Counted from the first letter of the stretch, positions 51,215 to 61,093 are shown. The stretch is 64,000 nt of DNA from Eubacteriales bacterium (GCA_045633005.1 JAZQXT010000080.1:3253-67252), one strand, 5' to 3'. Program-made: numbers and translations. The notes: generated from the sequence alone by a model not told the origin.

Positions 51215-52675
51215 TTATTTCCGCACGGGCGGCAGAGTGAAGGTAAATTCGCAGAACTCCCCAGGCTCACTTCTGAGGCTGATATCCTCGTTATGAGCGT
51301 TGATTATAGTCTTTGAGATAAACATTCCGAGTCCTACGCCGCTTTTATCCTTTCCGCGGCTCTTGTCGCTCTTGTAGAATCGCTCAAAGATATACGGCTG
51401 GTCGGCGTAAGGAATTCCCTCTCCCTCGTTATATACGCTTACTGCTATCTTTTTATCCTTGTTTTTTATCGACAAACGCAAAAGTCCGCGTTCACGCGAG
51501 AATTTTACGGCGTTATCACAGATATTGTAAAGTATCTGATATATCGCATCGTGGTCGCCGTTTACAAGGATATTATCCCCGTCGGCATCAAATTCCACGT
51601 CGAGCCCCTTTGCTTCTATCTTTTGCTCAAACGAAATTATTATCTGACGAGCCATCTCGCAGATATCAAAGGGCTTCATTACGAATTTGCGGTCTCCCGC
51701 CTGTATTCTTGAAATATCAAGCAGAGTGGCAACGAGCCTTGAAAGCCTTTGCACCTCGTCTCTTATGACGCGCAGATAATGCTCGTGCTTTTCGGGCGGT
51801 ATCGCGCCGTCAAGAATGCAGTCGATAAAGCCCGATATCGTGGTCATCGGCGTGCGCATATCGTGCGAAACGCTTGACATAAAGTTATTTCACATCTCGT
51901 CAAGGGATGCAAGCGAGGACGCCATGTTGTTAAATGCTATAGCAAGCTCTGCAACCTCGTCCTTACCGACGACGGGAACTCGCACGTCGAAATCCCCCGC
52001 CGCAAAGCTCTTTGCCGCCTGCCGCATTTCCTTAAGCGGCGCGCTTATGCGGTCGCTTATAAAATAAATCGCGATAAGCGCCGCAAGCATTACCCAAAGA
52101 CTGCAAAGCACTACGGTCTTGATAAGGACCTCCATAAAATCGTTCAGTGAGCTTTCGGACGAGCATACGAAAACCATACCGCAAACGTAGCTGTTGCGCA
52201 TATATATCGGCATTGCGTTTATGATGTGCGGCGTATCAAAGATGCCCTCAAGGCTGTCAAGCCTTGACAGCTCAACTCCGTTATTGACCTCGTTCATCAC
52301 AGTGGGGGAAATATTACCCTCGGAGCATACGTCATCCTTTTCCGAAACGCTTGAGAGTATTATCTCTCCGCGCCTATTGGCGATAAGCACCGAAATATCC
52401 TCGCCGCCCGTTTTTCTGACCACCTCAAGCAATGCCGCAAGGTCACCCGAATTATGGCGCACGAAATACTCGAAATCGCGCATATCCTCGTCACGTTCAA
52501 GCTTATCTTCAAAAAAATTAGCAACGGAGCTTGCCGCCGTACCGACGGTGTCGAACTTTGCTTGAACCGAATAGTTGCCGACCATAGAGCCTACTATGGC
52601 TACAAGGAGAGTAAGGCTTATGGTTATTATAACAACAAAGGTTACGATGTATTTTACGTAAAGACTTCTGAACAT
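51215..52675 (-). pseudogene. HAMP-domain sensor histidine kinase interrupted by one in-frame TGA at 51890-51892
   Basis: ORFs 51890..52675 (TM-sensor-TM-HAMP) and 51215..51880 (H-box SHDMRTP, N, G1, F, G2 boxes) share a frame: LDEM*NNFMSSVSHD. Confidence 0.8.
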
Positions 52676-52757
52676 TCGCCCTTCCCTCCTTCAAAAATTT
52701 AAGGATGTCGCAAATGCGCAAAAATGCATTTGCAACATCCTGCATAGTCTACTTGAT

Positions 52758-53450
52758 TCAGTTGCCTGAAACCTCAAATTTATAGCCTACGCCCCAAACC
52801 GTTTTGAGCATCCATTTATCCGAAACGCCCTCAAGCTTTTCGCGCAGACGCTTTACGTGTACGTCAACGGTACGGGAGTCACCAAGATAGTCAAAGCCCC
52901 AGACCTTATCAAGAAGCTGGTCGCGGGTGAACACACGATTGTAGTTAGATGCCAAGAAGTAAAGCAATTCAAGCTCCTTCGGGGGAATATCAACGCTCTT
53001 ATCGTTGAGCTTAAGCTCATACTTCTGCTTGCTTATCTCTATGTTTTCAAACTTGATTACCTCGCCGCTACCGGGCTCTTCGTGCGAATTGCATCTGCGC
53101 AGAACTGCCTTGATGCGTGCAAAAAGCTCATTCATATCAAAGGGCTTGACTACAAAATCATCAGCGCCAAGCTCAAGGCAGACGACCTTGTCCACGACCT
53201 CGCCCTTAGCGGTGATCATAATGATGGGCTTGTTTGAAAACTTTCTTATCTCGGAGCATACGTCCTTGCCGCTCTTGCCGGGGAGCATAATGTCAAGCAA
53301 AACGAGATCGGGATCGTATTTTTTGAAGGTGTCGATCGCCTCGTAGCCGTCGTTTGCGGTGCGCACGTCATATCCCTCGTTAGTAAGGTATTTATTCAAA
53401 ATGTCGCAAATGTTGACGTCATCGTCAACAACAAGTATTTTCGTATACAT
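52758..53450 (-). CDS. OmpR/PhoB-family response regulator
   Basis: VVDDD, LDIMLP, GADDFVVKPF, SRTVDVHVKRLR, TVWGVGY. Confidence 0.95.
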   Translation of the reverse strand: MYTKILVVDDDVNICDILNKYLTNEGYDVRTANDGYEAIDTFKKYDPDLVLLDIMLPGKSGKDVCSEIRKFSNKPIIMITAKGEVVDKVVCLELGADDFVVKPFDMNELFARIKAVLRRCNSHEEPGSGEVIKFENIEISKQKYELKLNDKSVDIPPKELELLYFLASNYNRVFTRDQLLDKVWGFDYLGDSRTVDVHVKRLREKLEGVSDKWMLKTVWGVGYKFEVSGN

Positions 53451-53647
53451 TTCATCCTCCTAAAGCATTTTATTTCTGTTAACATCGTTCAAATGATGAT
53501 ATTTTCCCATTCTTTTACTTATTATAACACACTTTTCCTTTTTTGCAAAGGGTTTTTTGAAATATTTGTTCATATTTTTGTTTCTCTCTTGCTTTTTTTC
53601 GAATTTAGGTATATAATAAAGCGATTATATTTATTATGGAGTTAAAA

Positions 53648-54742
53648 ATGAAACTTGGTATCGTTGGTTTGCCTAACGTTGGCAAAAGCACACTTTTCAA
53701 TGCTTTAACAGGCGCGGGAGCTGATTCCGCAAACTACCCCTTCTGCACTATCGAGCCGAACGTGGGAGTGGTAGCAGTACCCGACCCCAGACTTGATGCT
53801 CTTGCAGAAATGTATTCGCCCGAAAAATACACGCCCGCTACGGTTGAATTCTTTGACATTGCGGGACTCGTCAAGGGTGCGGCGCAGGGTGAAGGACTTG
53901 GAAACAAATTCCTTTCCCACATACGCGAGTGCGACGCTATACTGCACGTTGTACGTTGCTTCGAGAACGGAAACATCATTCACGTTGACGGAAACGTAAA
54001 CTCCGTGCGCGACGTTGAGACCATAAACATAGAGCTTATCCTCTCCGACATTGAAATCGTCGACCGCCGCATCGACCGCACGCAGAAGGCGATGAAGTCT
54101 GACAAGACGCTTGGCGCAGAGCTTGCTTTCCTTGAAAAGCTCAAGGCGCATCTTGAGGAGGGGGCTTGCGCTCGCGCAATGGAGACGACCGACGACGAGG
54201 CGGCTATCCTTGCCGATATGCCCCTGCTTACCGCAAAGCCCGTAATTTACGTTGCAAACGTGGGCGAGGACGAGGCAGGCTCGGAGCCGCAGGGAAACGC
54301 GCAGTACGACGGACTTAAGGCTTTTGCCGAGAGCGAGCATTCGGGAATTATCGCTATCTGCGCAGGACTTGAGGCTGAAATTGCAGAGCTTGACGCAGAG
54401 GAAAAGGCTGTATTCCTTGAGGACCTCGGTATTGCCGAGTCAGGTCTTGACAGACTTATCCGCGCAAGCTATGAGCTTCTCGGTCTTATAAGCTTTTTGA
54501 CCGCAGGCCCGAAGGAAGTCCGCGCGTGGACGATAAAGAGGGGCACGAAGGCACCCGGAGCCGCAGGAAAGATACACAGCGATTTTGAGCGCGGCTTCAT
54601 TCGCGCCGAGATAGTGGCTTTTGACGACCTTATGAAGCACGGAAGTATGACCGCAGCTAAGGAAGCGGGACTTGTCAGAAGCGAGGGCAAGGAATACGTT
54701 ATGAAGGACGGCGACGTCACCCTCTTCCGCTTTAACGTATAA
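53648..54742 (+). CDS. ychF: Redox-regulated ATPase YchF
   Basis: GLPNVGKST, NYPFCTIEPN, DIAGLV, GLGNKFL, FRFNV. Confidence 0.96.
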   Translation: MKLGIVGLPNVGKSTLFNALTGAGADSANYPFCTIEPNVGVVAVPDPRLDALAEMYSPEKYTPATVEFFDIAGLVKGAAQGEGLGNKFLSHIRECDAILHVVRCFENGNIIHVDGNVNSVRDVETINIELILSDIEIVDRRIDRTQKAMKSDKTLGAELAFLEKLKAHLEEGACARAMETTDDEAAILADMPLLTAKPVIYVANVGEDEAGSEPQGNAQYDGLKAFAESEHSGIIAICAGLEAEIAELDAEEKAVFLEDLGIAESGLDRLIRASYELLGLISFLTAGPKEVRAWTIKRGTKAPGAAGKIHSDFERGFIRAEIVAFDDLMKHGSMTAAKEAGLVRSEGKEYVMKDGDVTLFRFNV

Positions 54743-54784
54743 TTATATAAAGAAAAACCGTTGCGGTGCAACGGTTTTTCTTTA

Positions 54785-55810
54785 TTAATAAATCTTGATA
54801 TTTCCTTCGTTGACGGTAACGGTGATGGAATTAAGCTCCTCCTTGGGGGATTCCTCCTCGGTCTCCGCGCCCGTCGTTTCGTCACCGGCGTTGTTGTCGG
54901 GAGAGTCACCGTTGTGGTCATCACCGCCCGGGAGCGGGGGCACTATCGGTTCGGGAAGCTCGATCACGTTTATCTCGGAGAAATACGAGTTGTACTCCGT
55001 ATCCCAAACGCGCAACGCGCCGTTGGGGGCAGACAGCTCAACGTTAAAGCCAGCAAAATCTGCCTCTACCCTGTCATACTCGAACGATCCGCTTGCTATA
55101 TTGGCAAAGAGCTTGTGCGAAAAGCTGGAGTCCTTCATGGTAGCGTATGCGCTGACGGCGTTTATCTCAAAGGAACGAGCCTTGACGTTTTTAAGCTCCA
55201 TTGACGACTCCTTGGTGGATTCAAGCGCGACGTTGGAGTCGGTGGTAACGTTTTCAAGGGTAAGGATGCCCGTCGCCGTTGTGATCTTGTAGTCGCAACC
55301 GAGAGAAAGGTCCTTAACGGTGATATTTCCGCTTTGAGTGGTTATATCAAACTTGATGATATCAGCCTCATTTTTGAGATAGAGGTTAACGGACCTCTGC
55401 TTATCGCGGTATTTATAATGATGCAGATAATCACGGAAGCCGTTAAAATATATCTTGAAATTATCAAGGTCAATAAAGCTTGTGATTCCGCTGTTCTCAT
55501 ATATCTGCATAGTGGATTTACTAAGGGAGTAAACGTACGTGCCGTCGGTAAAGTTTACAAGCTCTACCTTCTCCTCCTCTGCCCCACCGTAAACGTTAAC
55601 GTTAACGTCGGTGAAATTGAGAACTATCTTTTTTAGCTCCTCTGACTCAAAGGTCTCGGTCGTAGAAAAATTGTTTTCCGCATCTCCCGTCTGCGCAAAG
55701 ATAGAGATGCCCATATCCGTAGCCATACTGTTTCCCGTTATGCAAAGGAGCACTCCGAGACAAATAATAAGAACGGCAACTATAAGAAATATTACTGACG
55801 TCGGCTTCAT
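54785..55810 (-). CDS. DUF4097-like beta-strand repeat protein with N-terminal TM
   Basis: TM, then repeats like ITTQSGNITV, NIASGSF, VNEGNI; ATGA overlap with the upstream gene. Confidence 0.65.
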   Translation of the reverse strand: MKPTSVIFLIVAVLIICLGVLLCITGNSMATDMGISIFAQTGDAENNFSTTETFESEELKKIVLNFTDVNVNVYGGAEEEKVELVNFTDGTYVYSLSKSTMQIYENSGITSFIDLDNFKIYFNGFRDYLHHYKYRDKQRSVNLYLKNEADIIKFDITTQSGNITVKDLSLGCDYKITTATGILTLENVTTDSNVALESTKESSMELKNVKARSFEINAVSAYATMKDSSFSHKLFANIASGSFEYDRVEADFAGFNVELSAPNGALRVWDTEYNSYFSEINVIELPEPIVPPLPGGDDHNGDSPDNNAGDETTGAETEEESPKEELNSITVTVNEGNIKIY

Positions 55811-56823
55811 AATTTCTCGCATACTCCTTTCACAGTTATATAAGCATCACGGCCCTTGCTGAACGCAAACTTGAAAAGTCTTGCAAGCTGCTTCATTGCA
55901 AAGGGAACGAGGCGCATGGCGAAATTGTAAACAAGAACGCCTATGAGCAGCACAGAGCCGCTGACGATAACGCCAAGACCGATCTCAAAAAGTCCTATCG
56001 GCGTTTGTCCCGCTACGAGCTGTATGACTCCGTAAACTATTCCGATCAGCGAAATACAGCATCCCGCCGCAACGAACACGATAAGCCCCGCGATGCTGAA
56101 GATCAGCATAAGAGCAAGTGCTACCCAGAAAAAGATGTAAAGCCCAACCGTAATAAGTGCAAGCGCGAGGACGAAGGGCGCGGCAATACAAGCGAGAACG
56201 ATAAAGAGCGTTTTGTTGTTGCGAAGCTTTTGGAGATCCTCCTCGCTAAGCTCTCTGCGCTGTTCCTCTCTCTGTTCCTTTTGCTCCTCAACGTACTCCT
56301 TGCGATTATGCTTGTGCATAAGCTTTTTATCCCGTTCGTTCCTTGCGGGACGGTAGGGGCGCACGTCGTCAATGCTATCGTCGGGGGCGTCGTTCTGAAC
56401 GTCCTCGGGCGCCATTATTCTGACAAAATGAGGATCAAGGTCCTCGTCTCCCGCTTGTGCGACAGACGACGGTTGCGGCTCAGACTCAACTTCGGCTTCG
56501 GGGTCGCCGACTGCTTGTTCTTCCTTGGGTTCTTCACCGATGTACTTAAGTGACGCGTTGATCTCGTCCTCCACCGAGGGCGCTTCTTCAACGGAGATAG
56601 CAGACTCTACGGTTTCCGTTTCTTCAGACATAATAACGTCGGACACGCCGAGCGCCTTAACTATGCCGTCAGCCATTTCGGCAGGATCCGCCTCTACGTC
56701 TTCCATTCCCGTCTGCTTGATGTAGTTGCCGATGCGTTCAAGCTGCGCCTTGATCGAATCCTCGTCAAGACCGCGAGCGCATAGCTGCTCCTCGAGCTGT
56801 TTCAAAAATTCCTTTTTTTCCAT
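55807..56823 (-). CDS. DUF1700/HAAS-like membrane protein with a long acidic insert
   Basis: MEKKEFLKQLEEQL N-terminus, acidic region, 3 C-terminal TM segments; adjacent to a DUF4097-like gene. Confidence 0.6.
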   Translation of the reverse strand: MEKKEFLKQLEEQLCARGLDEDSIKAQLERIGNYIKQTGMEDVEADPAEMADGIVKALGVSDVIMSEETETVESAISVEEAPSVEDEINASLKYIGEEPKEEQAVGDPEAEVESEPQPSSVAQAGDEDLDPHFVRIMAPEDVQNDAPDDSIDDVRPYRPARNERDKKLMHKHNRKEYVEEQKEQREEQRRELSEEDLQKLRNNKTLFIVLACIAAPFVLALALITVGLYIFFWVALALMLIFSIAGLIVFVAAGCCISLIGIVYGVIQLVAGQTPIGLFEIGLGVIVSGSVLLIGVLVYNFAMRLVPFAMKQLARLFKFAFSKGRDAYITVKGVCEKL

Positions 56824-57008
56824 TTTGACTCCAAAATGATTTTTTATTAATTAAATCGTATCGAGATTTTTTCAAAAAAGCTATACAAATCGATGCGATT
56901 TATGCTATAATATATACATTACTTGGATTTTTTGCTCCAAAAGGCGAAAAATCACAAAAATAATATAATTCACACTATATTATAACAGATTTAAAGAGAG
57001 AATGCAAG

Positions 57009-57680
57009 ATGAGAATGAGAAAAAAAAAGCATTCGGGCGAAAGAATCGAAGCCTGCGCCCGTTTTCTTATCAAAGAACCCCTTTCCTGCTTTGAAAATTT
57101 GAGCGAGCCCTTTGGCGTGAGCCGCCCCACTCTGCTTGAGATCGGCTGTGGCAAGGGAGATTTTGCGCGTCAGCTTAGTGCAAAATTCACCGACCACAAC
57201 ATAATCGCCATCGAAAGAGTGCCCGACGTTGCCATGACCGCGCTCGAAAAGGCGGCGGCAAGCGAGGACGAGCGCCCCGATAACCTGCGCTTTATTATCG
57301 GTCACGCGCAATATCTTTCCGATTGGTTTGCGCCGAACAGCTTTGAGCGCATCTACGTAAACTTCTGCGACCCTTGGCCCAAGACGGGCTATCACAAGCG
57401 CAGACTCACCGCGCCCTCTTTCCTTCGCGTTTACCGCTCGTTGCTCGTCAGCGGCGGCGAGCTTCACTTCAAGACGGACAACCAGCCGCTCTTTGATTGG
57501 TCGCTTGAGCAATTTGAAGCCGAGGGACTTGAGATAGTTTTCGTAACGCGCGACCTTCATTCAAGTGAAAAAGCATCAGAAAACCTTATAACCGAGTACG
57601 AGCATCATTTCTCTTCTATGGGAATGAATATTTACTCGGCTCACGTCCGCTTCCCAAAAAAAGACGGCGAGAATGAATAA
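57009..57680 (+). CDS. trmB: tRNA (guanine-N7)-methyltransferase
   Basis: MRMRKK, LEIGCGKG, NFCDPWPK, FKTDN, TEYE. Confidence 0.95.
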   Translation: MRMRKKKHSGERIEACARFLIKEPLSCFENLSEPFGVSRPTLLEIGCGKGDFARQLSAKFTDHNIIAIERVPDVAMTALEKAAASEDERPDNLRFIIGHAQYLSDWFAPNSFERIYVNFCDPWPKTGYHKRRLTAPSFLRVYRSLLVSGGELHFKTDNQPLFDWSLEQFEAEGLEIVFVTRDLHSSEKASENLITEYEHHFSSMGMNIYSAHVRFPKKDGENE

Positions 57681-58593
57681 TACCGTAAGAATCGAGCCTG
57701 ACGGCATTCTTGTTATCAACAAGCCGTCGGGTATGACCTCGCACGACGTTGTAAACCGCGTACGCCGTCTTTTCGGCACGCGTGCCGTTGGACACACGGG
57801 CACGCTTGACCCGATGGCTACGGGCGTTCTCGTGCTTCTGCTTGGCAGAGCCGCCAAGGCGTGCGAGTATGCCGTGGCGGGCAAAAAACGCTACACCGCG
57901 CGGCTCAGGCTCGGAATTGAAACGGACACCGAGGACACGACGGGCGAAATAATACGCTCCCGCGAGGTCAACGTAAGCCGCGAGGAATTTGATGCGGTGC
58001 TTCCCTCCTTCATCGGTGATATTATGCAGATACCGCCGATGTACAGCGCACTTAAGCGCGATGGCAAGAAGCTGTGCGACCTTGCACGCGAGGGCAAGGT
58101 CATCGAGCGCGAGGCGCGCCCGATAACCGTTTTTTCGATCGATGCAGAGCAGATAGACGGCACGGACTACACGCTTTACGTAGCTTGCTCGGCGGGCACT
58201 TATATACGCACGCTCTGTGCGGACATCGGCGCGTCTCTCGGATGCGGCGGTGCCATGGCGGCACTTGAAAGGACCGAGGCGTGCGGATATTCGCTTGCCG
58301 ACGCACATACGCTTGATAAGCTTAACGAAATGACGCTTGACGAAAGACTATCGCTCCTTTTGCCGACGGAAACGCTGTTTTCGTCGCTCCCTGCGATAAG
58401 GCTTGAAGCGTTTTATGAAAAGCTGTTCCGCTCGGGCTGTGAGATATATTTCAAAAAGCTGAGGCTATCTGCACCCGAAATAGGAGCGCGGCTTCGCGTA
58501 TGCGATAGCAAGGGCGATTTTTTCGCACTTGGCGAGGTCAGAGACTATCCCGACGGAATTGCAATAAAATCGCTAAAGCTATTTAAATTATAA
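57673..58593 (+). CDS. truB: tRNA pseudouridine(55) synthase
   Basis: KPSGMTSHD, GHTGTLDP, PPMYSALK, GTYIRTL. Confidence 0.96.
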   Translation: MNNTVRIEPDGILVINKPSGMTSHDVVNRVRRLFGTRAVGHTGTLDPMATGVLVLLLGRAAKACEYAVAGKKRYTARLRLGIETDTEDTTGEIIRSREVNVSREEFDAVLPSFIGDIMQIPPMYSALKRDGKKLCDLAREGKVIEREARPITVFSIDAEQIDGTDYTLYVACSAGTYIRTLCADIGASLGCGGAMAALERTEACGYSLADAHTLDKLNEMTLDERLSLLLPTETLFSSLPAIRLEAFYEKLFRSGCEIYFKKLRLSAPEIGARLRVCDSKGDFFALGEVRDYPDGIAIKSLKLFKL

Positions 58594-58712
58594 CGAAAAG
58601 CGATAAGAGTTTTTATATATTTTTGATCTACCACCCAATTTCGACGCGTTTTGCGCCGCAGGGGTGGTAGAATTTTTTTATAAGGAATAAAAAAAGGAAG
58701 GAATATCGTAAT

Positions 58713-59075
58713 ATGATCAAAAATACATGCGATATATTGTGCGAGCTATGCGCCGATTGCCTCGTTATTACGGTCAGCGGAGAGATAGACCATCACGGCG
58801 CGGTATATATGCGGCAAAAAGCAGACGAGGCGATAAGAAGTGCGTCCCCCCAGCGCCTCGTGCTTGATATGTCCGCCGTCAGCTTTATGGACAGCTCGGG
58901 GCTCGGATTTATAATGGGGCGTTTTGCGCTTATGCGTGAGCTTGGCGGAGCAACGCTCGTAAGAGACCCTGCGCCGTGCGTTGAGCGCGTGCTAAAGCTT
59001 ACGGGCTTTGACAAGAAGGTAAAAATTATAAAAAATCACAAAACGGAGAAGGAATATGAACGTCAAAGAATATAA
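58713..59075 (+). CDS. spoIIAA: Anti-sigma F factor antagonist
   Basis: GEIDHH, FMDSSGLG STAS motif; operon context. Confidence 0.92.
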   Translation: MIKNTCDILCELCADCLVITVSGEIDHHGAVYMRQKADEAIRSASPQRLVLDMSAVSFMDSSGLGFIMGRFALMRELGGATLVRDPAPCVERVLKLTGFDKKVKIIKNHKTEKEYERQRI

Positions 59076-59553
59076 AAAAAGAAGCGGCAGACCGCCGCTT
59101 GCAACCATAACGAACGAACTAAAGCTATCTTTCCCCTCCCTTTCGGCCAACGAGTCCTTTGCCCGTGCCGCCGTAGCCGCATTTATTTCACAGCTTGACC
59201 CGACGCCTACGGAGCTTGCGGACATCAAATGCGTGCTTTCAGAGGCGGTAACGAACTGCATCGTCCACGCCTACAGGGACTGCATCGGCGACGTTAAAAT
59301 AACCGTGCGACTACGTGCAGACAGAAGCGTCAGCATCGAGGTCAAGGACAACGGCGTGGGAATTGAAAACGTCGAGGAGGCGCGGCAACCGCTGTTCACC
59401 ACGGGTGCCGCCGAGGAGCGAAGCGGAATGGGATTTACCGTAATGGAGAGCTTTTGCGATAAAGTAAAAATACGCTCAAAGCTCTGCCGCGGTACTACGG
59501 TGATCATGACGAAAAGACTTACCTCCAAACCCAAAGCAAGCTCTCATACATAA
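59056..59553 (+). CDS. spoIIAB: Anti-sigma F factor
   Basis: NESFAR, SEAVTNCIVHAY, DNGVGI, ERSGMGFTVME. Confidence 0.95.
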   Translation: MNVKEYKKRSGRPPLATITNELKLSFPSLSANESFARAAVAAFISQLDPTPTELADIKCVLSEAVTNCIVHAYRDCIGDVKITVRLRADRSVSIEVKDNGVGIENVEEARQPLFTTGAAEERSGMGFTVMESFCDKVKIRSKLCRGTTVIMTKRLTSKPKASSHT

Positions 59554-59570
59554 CTGTTTCGGAGGAGCTA

Positions 59571-60317
59571 ATGAATCTATATTCGACCGACAGCAACCGC
59601 GCTCTGCTTGAGACGGCGCAACGCGGCTCGGCGCAAGAGGCGGATGCGGCGACGGAAAGGCTGATAATCGCCAACGCGGGACTTGTGCGGAGCATCGCGT
59701 TGAAATTCTGCGGTCGCGGCTGTGAATTCGAGGATCTCGTTCAGATCGGCACTATCGGTATGATAAAGGCTATTCGCTCGTTTGACCTTGAGCGCGGAAC
59801 GGCGTTTTCGACCTATGCCGTCCCGCTTATTCTCGGCGAGATAAGGCGGCATCTGCGCGACGACGGACCTATAAAGGTCGGGCGTGCGGTAAAGCGGCTC
59901 GGTGCGGAGCTTATGCGCGAGCAGACGCGCATCATCAGCGAAACGGGCGTAGAGCCGCAGATATCGGAGCTTGCCGCCGCTTGCGGTGTCAGCGTAGAGG
60001 AAGCGGCTTGCGCCCTTGACGCGATAAGCCCCGTAGCCTCACTTTCCGAGGGATCGGACAGCGAGAGTGGCTTTGAGCTTTTCGACCGTATCCCCGATGA
60101 GTCGGGTATGCTTGACATCGAGCGTGCCTGCGATAGAATTGCGATTTCGCAAGCAATAGGCAGGCTTCCCGCGCTATGGCGGCAGATAGTGGTTTTGCGG
60201 TACTTCAAGAACCTAACGCAACAAAAGACCGCAGACGCGCTCGGTCTTACGCAGGTAAAGATATCGCGCGAAGAAAAAAAGATAGTGGAATATTTAAGAG
60301 AAGAGCTCAGCGGTTAG
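59571..60317 (+). CDS. sigF: Sporulation sigma factor F
   Basis: EDLVQIGTIG, FSTYAVP, RDDGPIKV, TQVKISREEK; third gene of the spoIIA operon. Confidence 0.9.
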   Translation: MNLYSTDSNRALLETAQRGSAQEADAATERLIIANAGLVRSIALKFCGRGCEFEDLVQIGTIGMIKAIRSFDLERGTAFSTYAVPLILGEIRRHLRDDGPIKVGRAVKRLGAELMREQTRIISETGVEPQISELAAACGVSVEEAACALDAISPVASLSEGSDSESGFELFDRIPDESGMLDIERACDRIAISQAIGRLPALWRQIVVLRYFKNLTQQKTADALGLTQVKISREEKKIVEYLREELSG

Positions 60318-60342
60318 CGTTGTGCCCTTAAGGGCACAACGC

Positions 60343-60500
60343 AGTTATGATTGCCCTGACGGGCAAGTTATGAGTTATAATATGCTTCGCATAGTTATGA
60401 TTGGCTTCGCCAAGTTATAGATTAGATGGGCAATCATATCATAACGTTTGCGAAGCAAACTCATAACGGTGAGCGCAAGCGAGCCTTATCACTTATAACT
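60343..60500. repeat. Repeat-hairpin ladder element C (GTTATGA / TCATAAC), preceded by the palindrome GCGTTGTGCCCTTAAGGGCACAACGC at 60317-60342
   Basis: Repeats at 60344, 60367, 60374, 60394, 60414; inverted copies at 60439, 60461, 60486, 60493; interspersed hairpins. Confidence 0.85.
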
Positions 60501-60598
60501 AAAAACGCATCTGTACCTATAAATTCAGTGCTTGCGAAGAAAAAAGACGAGGAGTTTAACTCTTCGTCTTTTTCCGTACACACCTTTAATCCGAGCTC

Positions 60599-61093
60599 TT
60601 ATTTTAGCATTCTTTTGATTTTTCTGCGCTTATTAAAATAGCTTACCGCCTCGGGAACGAAGCAAAGCGCGAGATAGAGCACGAATGCGGCTATCATAAC
60701 GCCGAGCGTGCTGCCGCCGAAGATATAAAAACCGTACATCGGCGCGGCAAATACGGTAACGAAAAACGAGGCTATATACGCCGCCGCGCCCGAAAGTGTA
60801 AGTGAGGCGAGCGTTGCCGCGGCGTTGAAGACGCAGCAAAGCATACCAAGCACGAACCAAGTGCGGCACAAGATAATGAAGCCTTTTTTGCCCTTAAGAC
60901 TCGCGCGCACCTCAAACGCCGCCCAACCGACGATATACGCGAGAGTAAGGAAAAGCGTGGAAACACCGACCTTTTCAAGCGTAAAAAGGGTGGCGTGATT
61001 TATTACCGAAACGATGAGCGATGCCGACAGCACGATCGATACCGTGACGTTGCGCACCAAGGTGGTTTTGTTTAACTTAAAAAATTTATCCAT
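60599..61093 (-). CDS. Hypothetical multi-TM membrane protein
   Basis: About 5 hydrophobic segments and a basic tail; terminator-like hairpin near 60540-60573. Confidence 0.6.
   Translation of the reverse strand: MDKFFKLNKTTLVRNVTVSIVLSASLIVSVINHATLFTLEKVGVSTLFLTLAYIVGWAAFEVRASLKGKKGFIILCRTWFVLGMLCCVFNAAATLASLTLSGAAAYIASFFVTVFAAPMYGFYIFGGSTLGVMIAAFVLYLALCFVPEAVSYFNKRRKIKRMLK

Noticed and set aside
51890-51892. Selenocysteine or genome-wide TGA recoding
   Set aside because: The position corresponds to Arg, not Cys or Trp. TGA ends clpC, gdhA, ispD and ispF at their expected C-termini.
58628-58690. SigH promoter and Spo0A box upstream of spoIIAA
   Set aside because: Expected biologically, but the matches are too degenerate to place. 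Only an inverted repeat CTACCACCC...GGGTGGTAG is clear.
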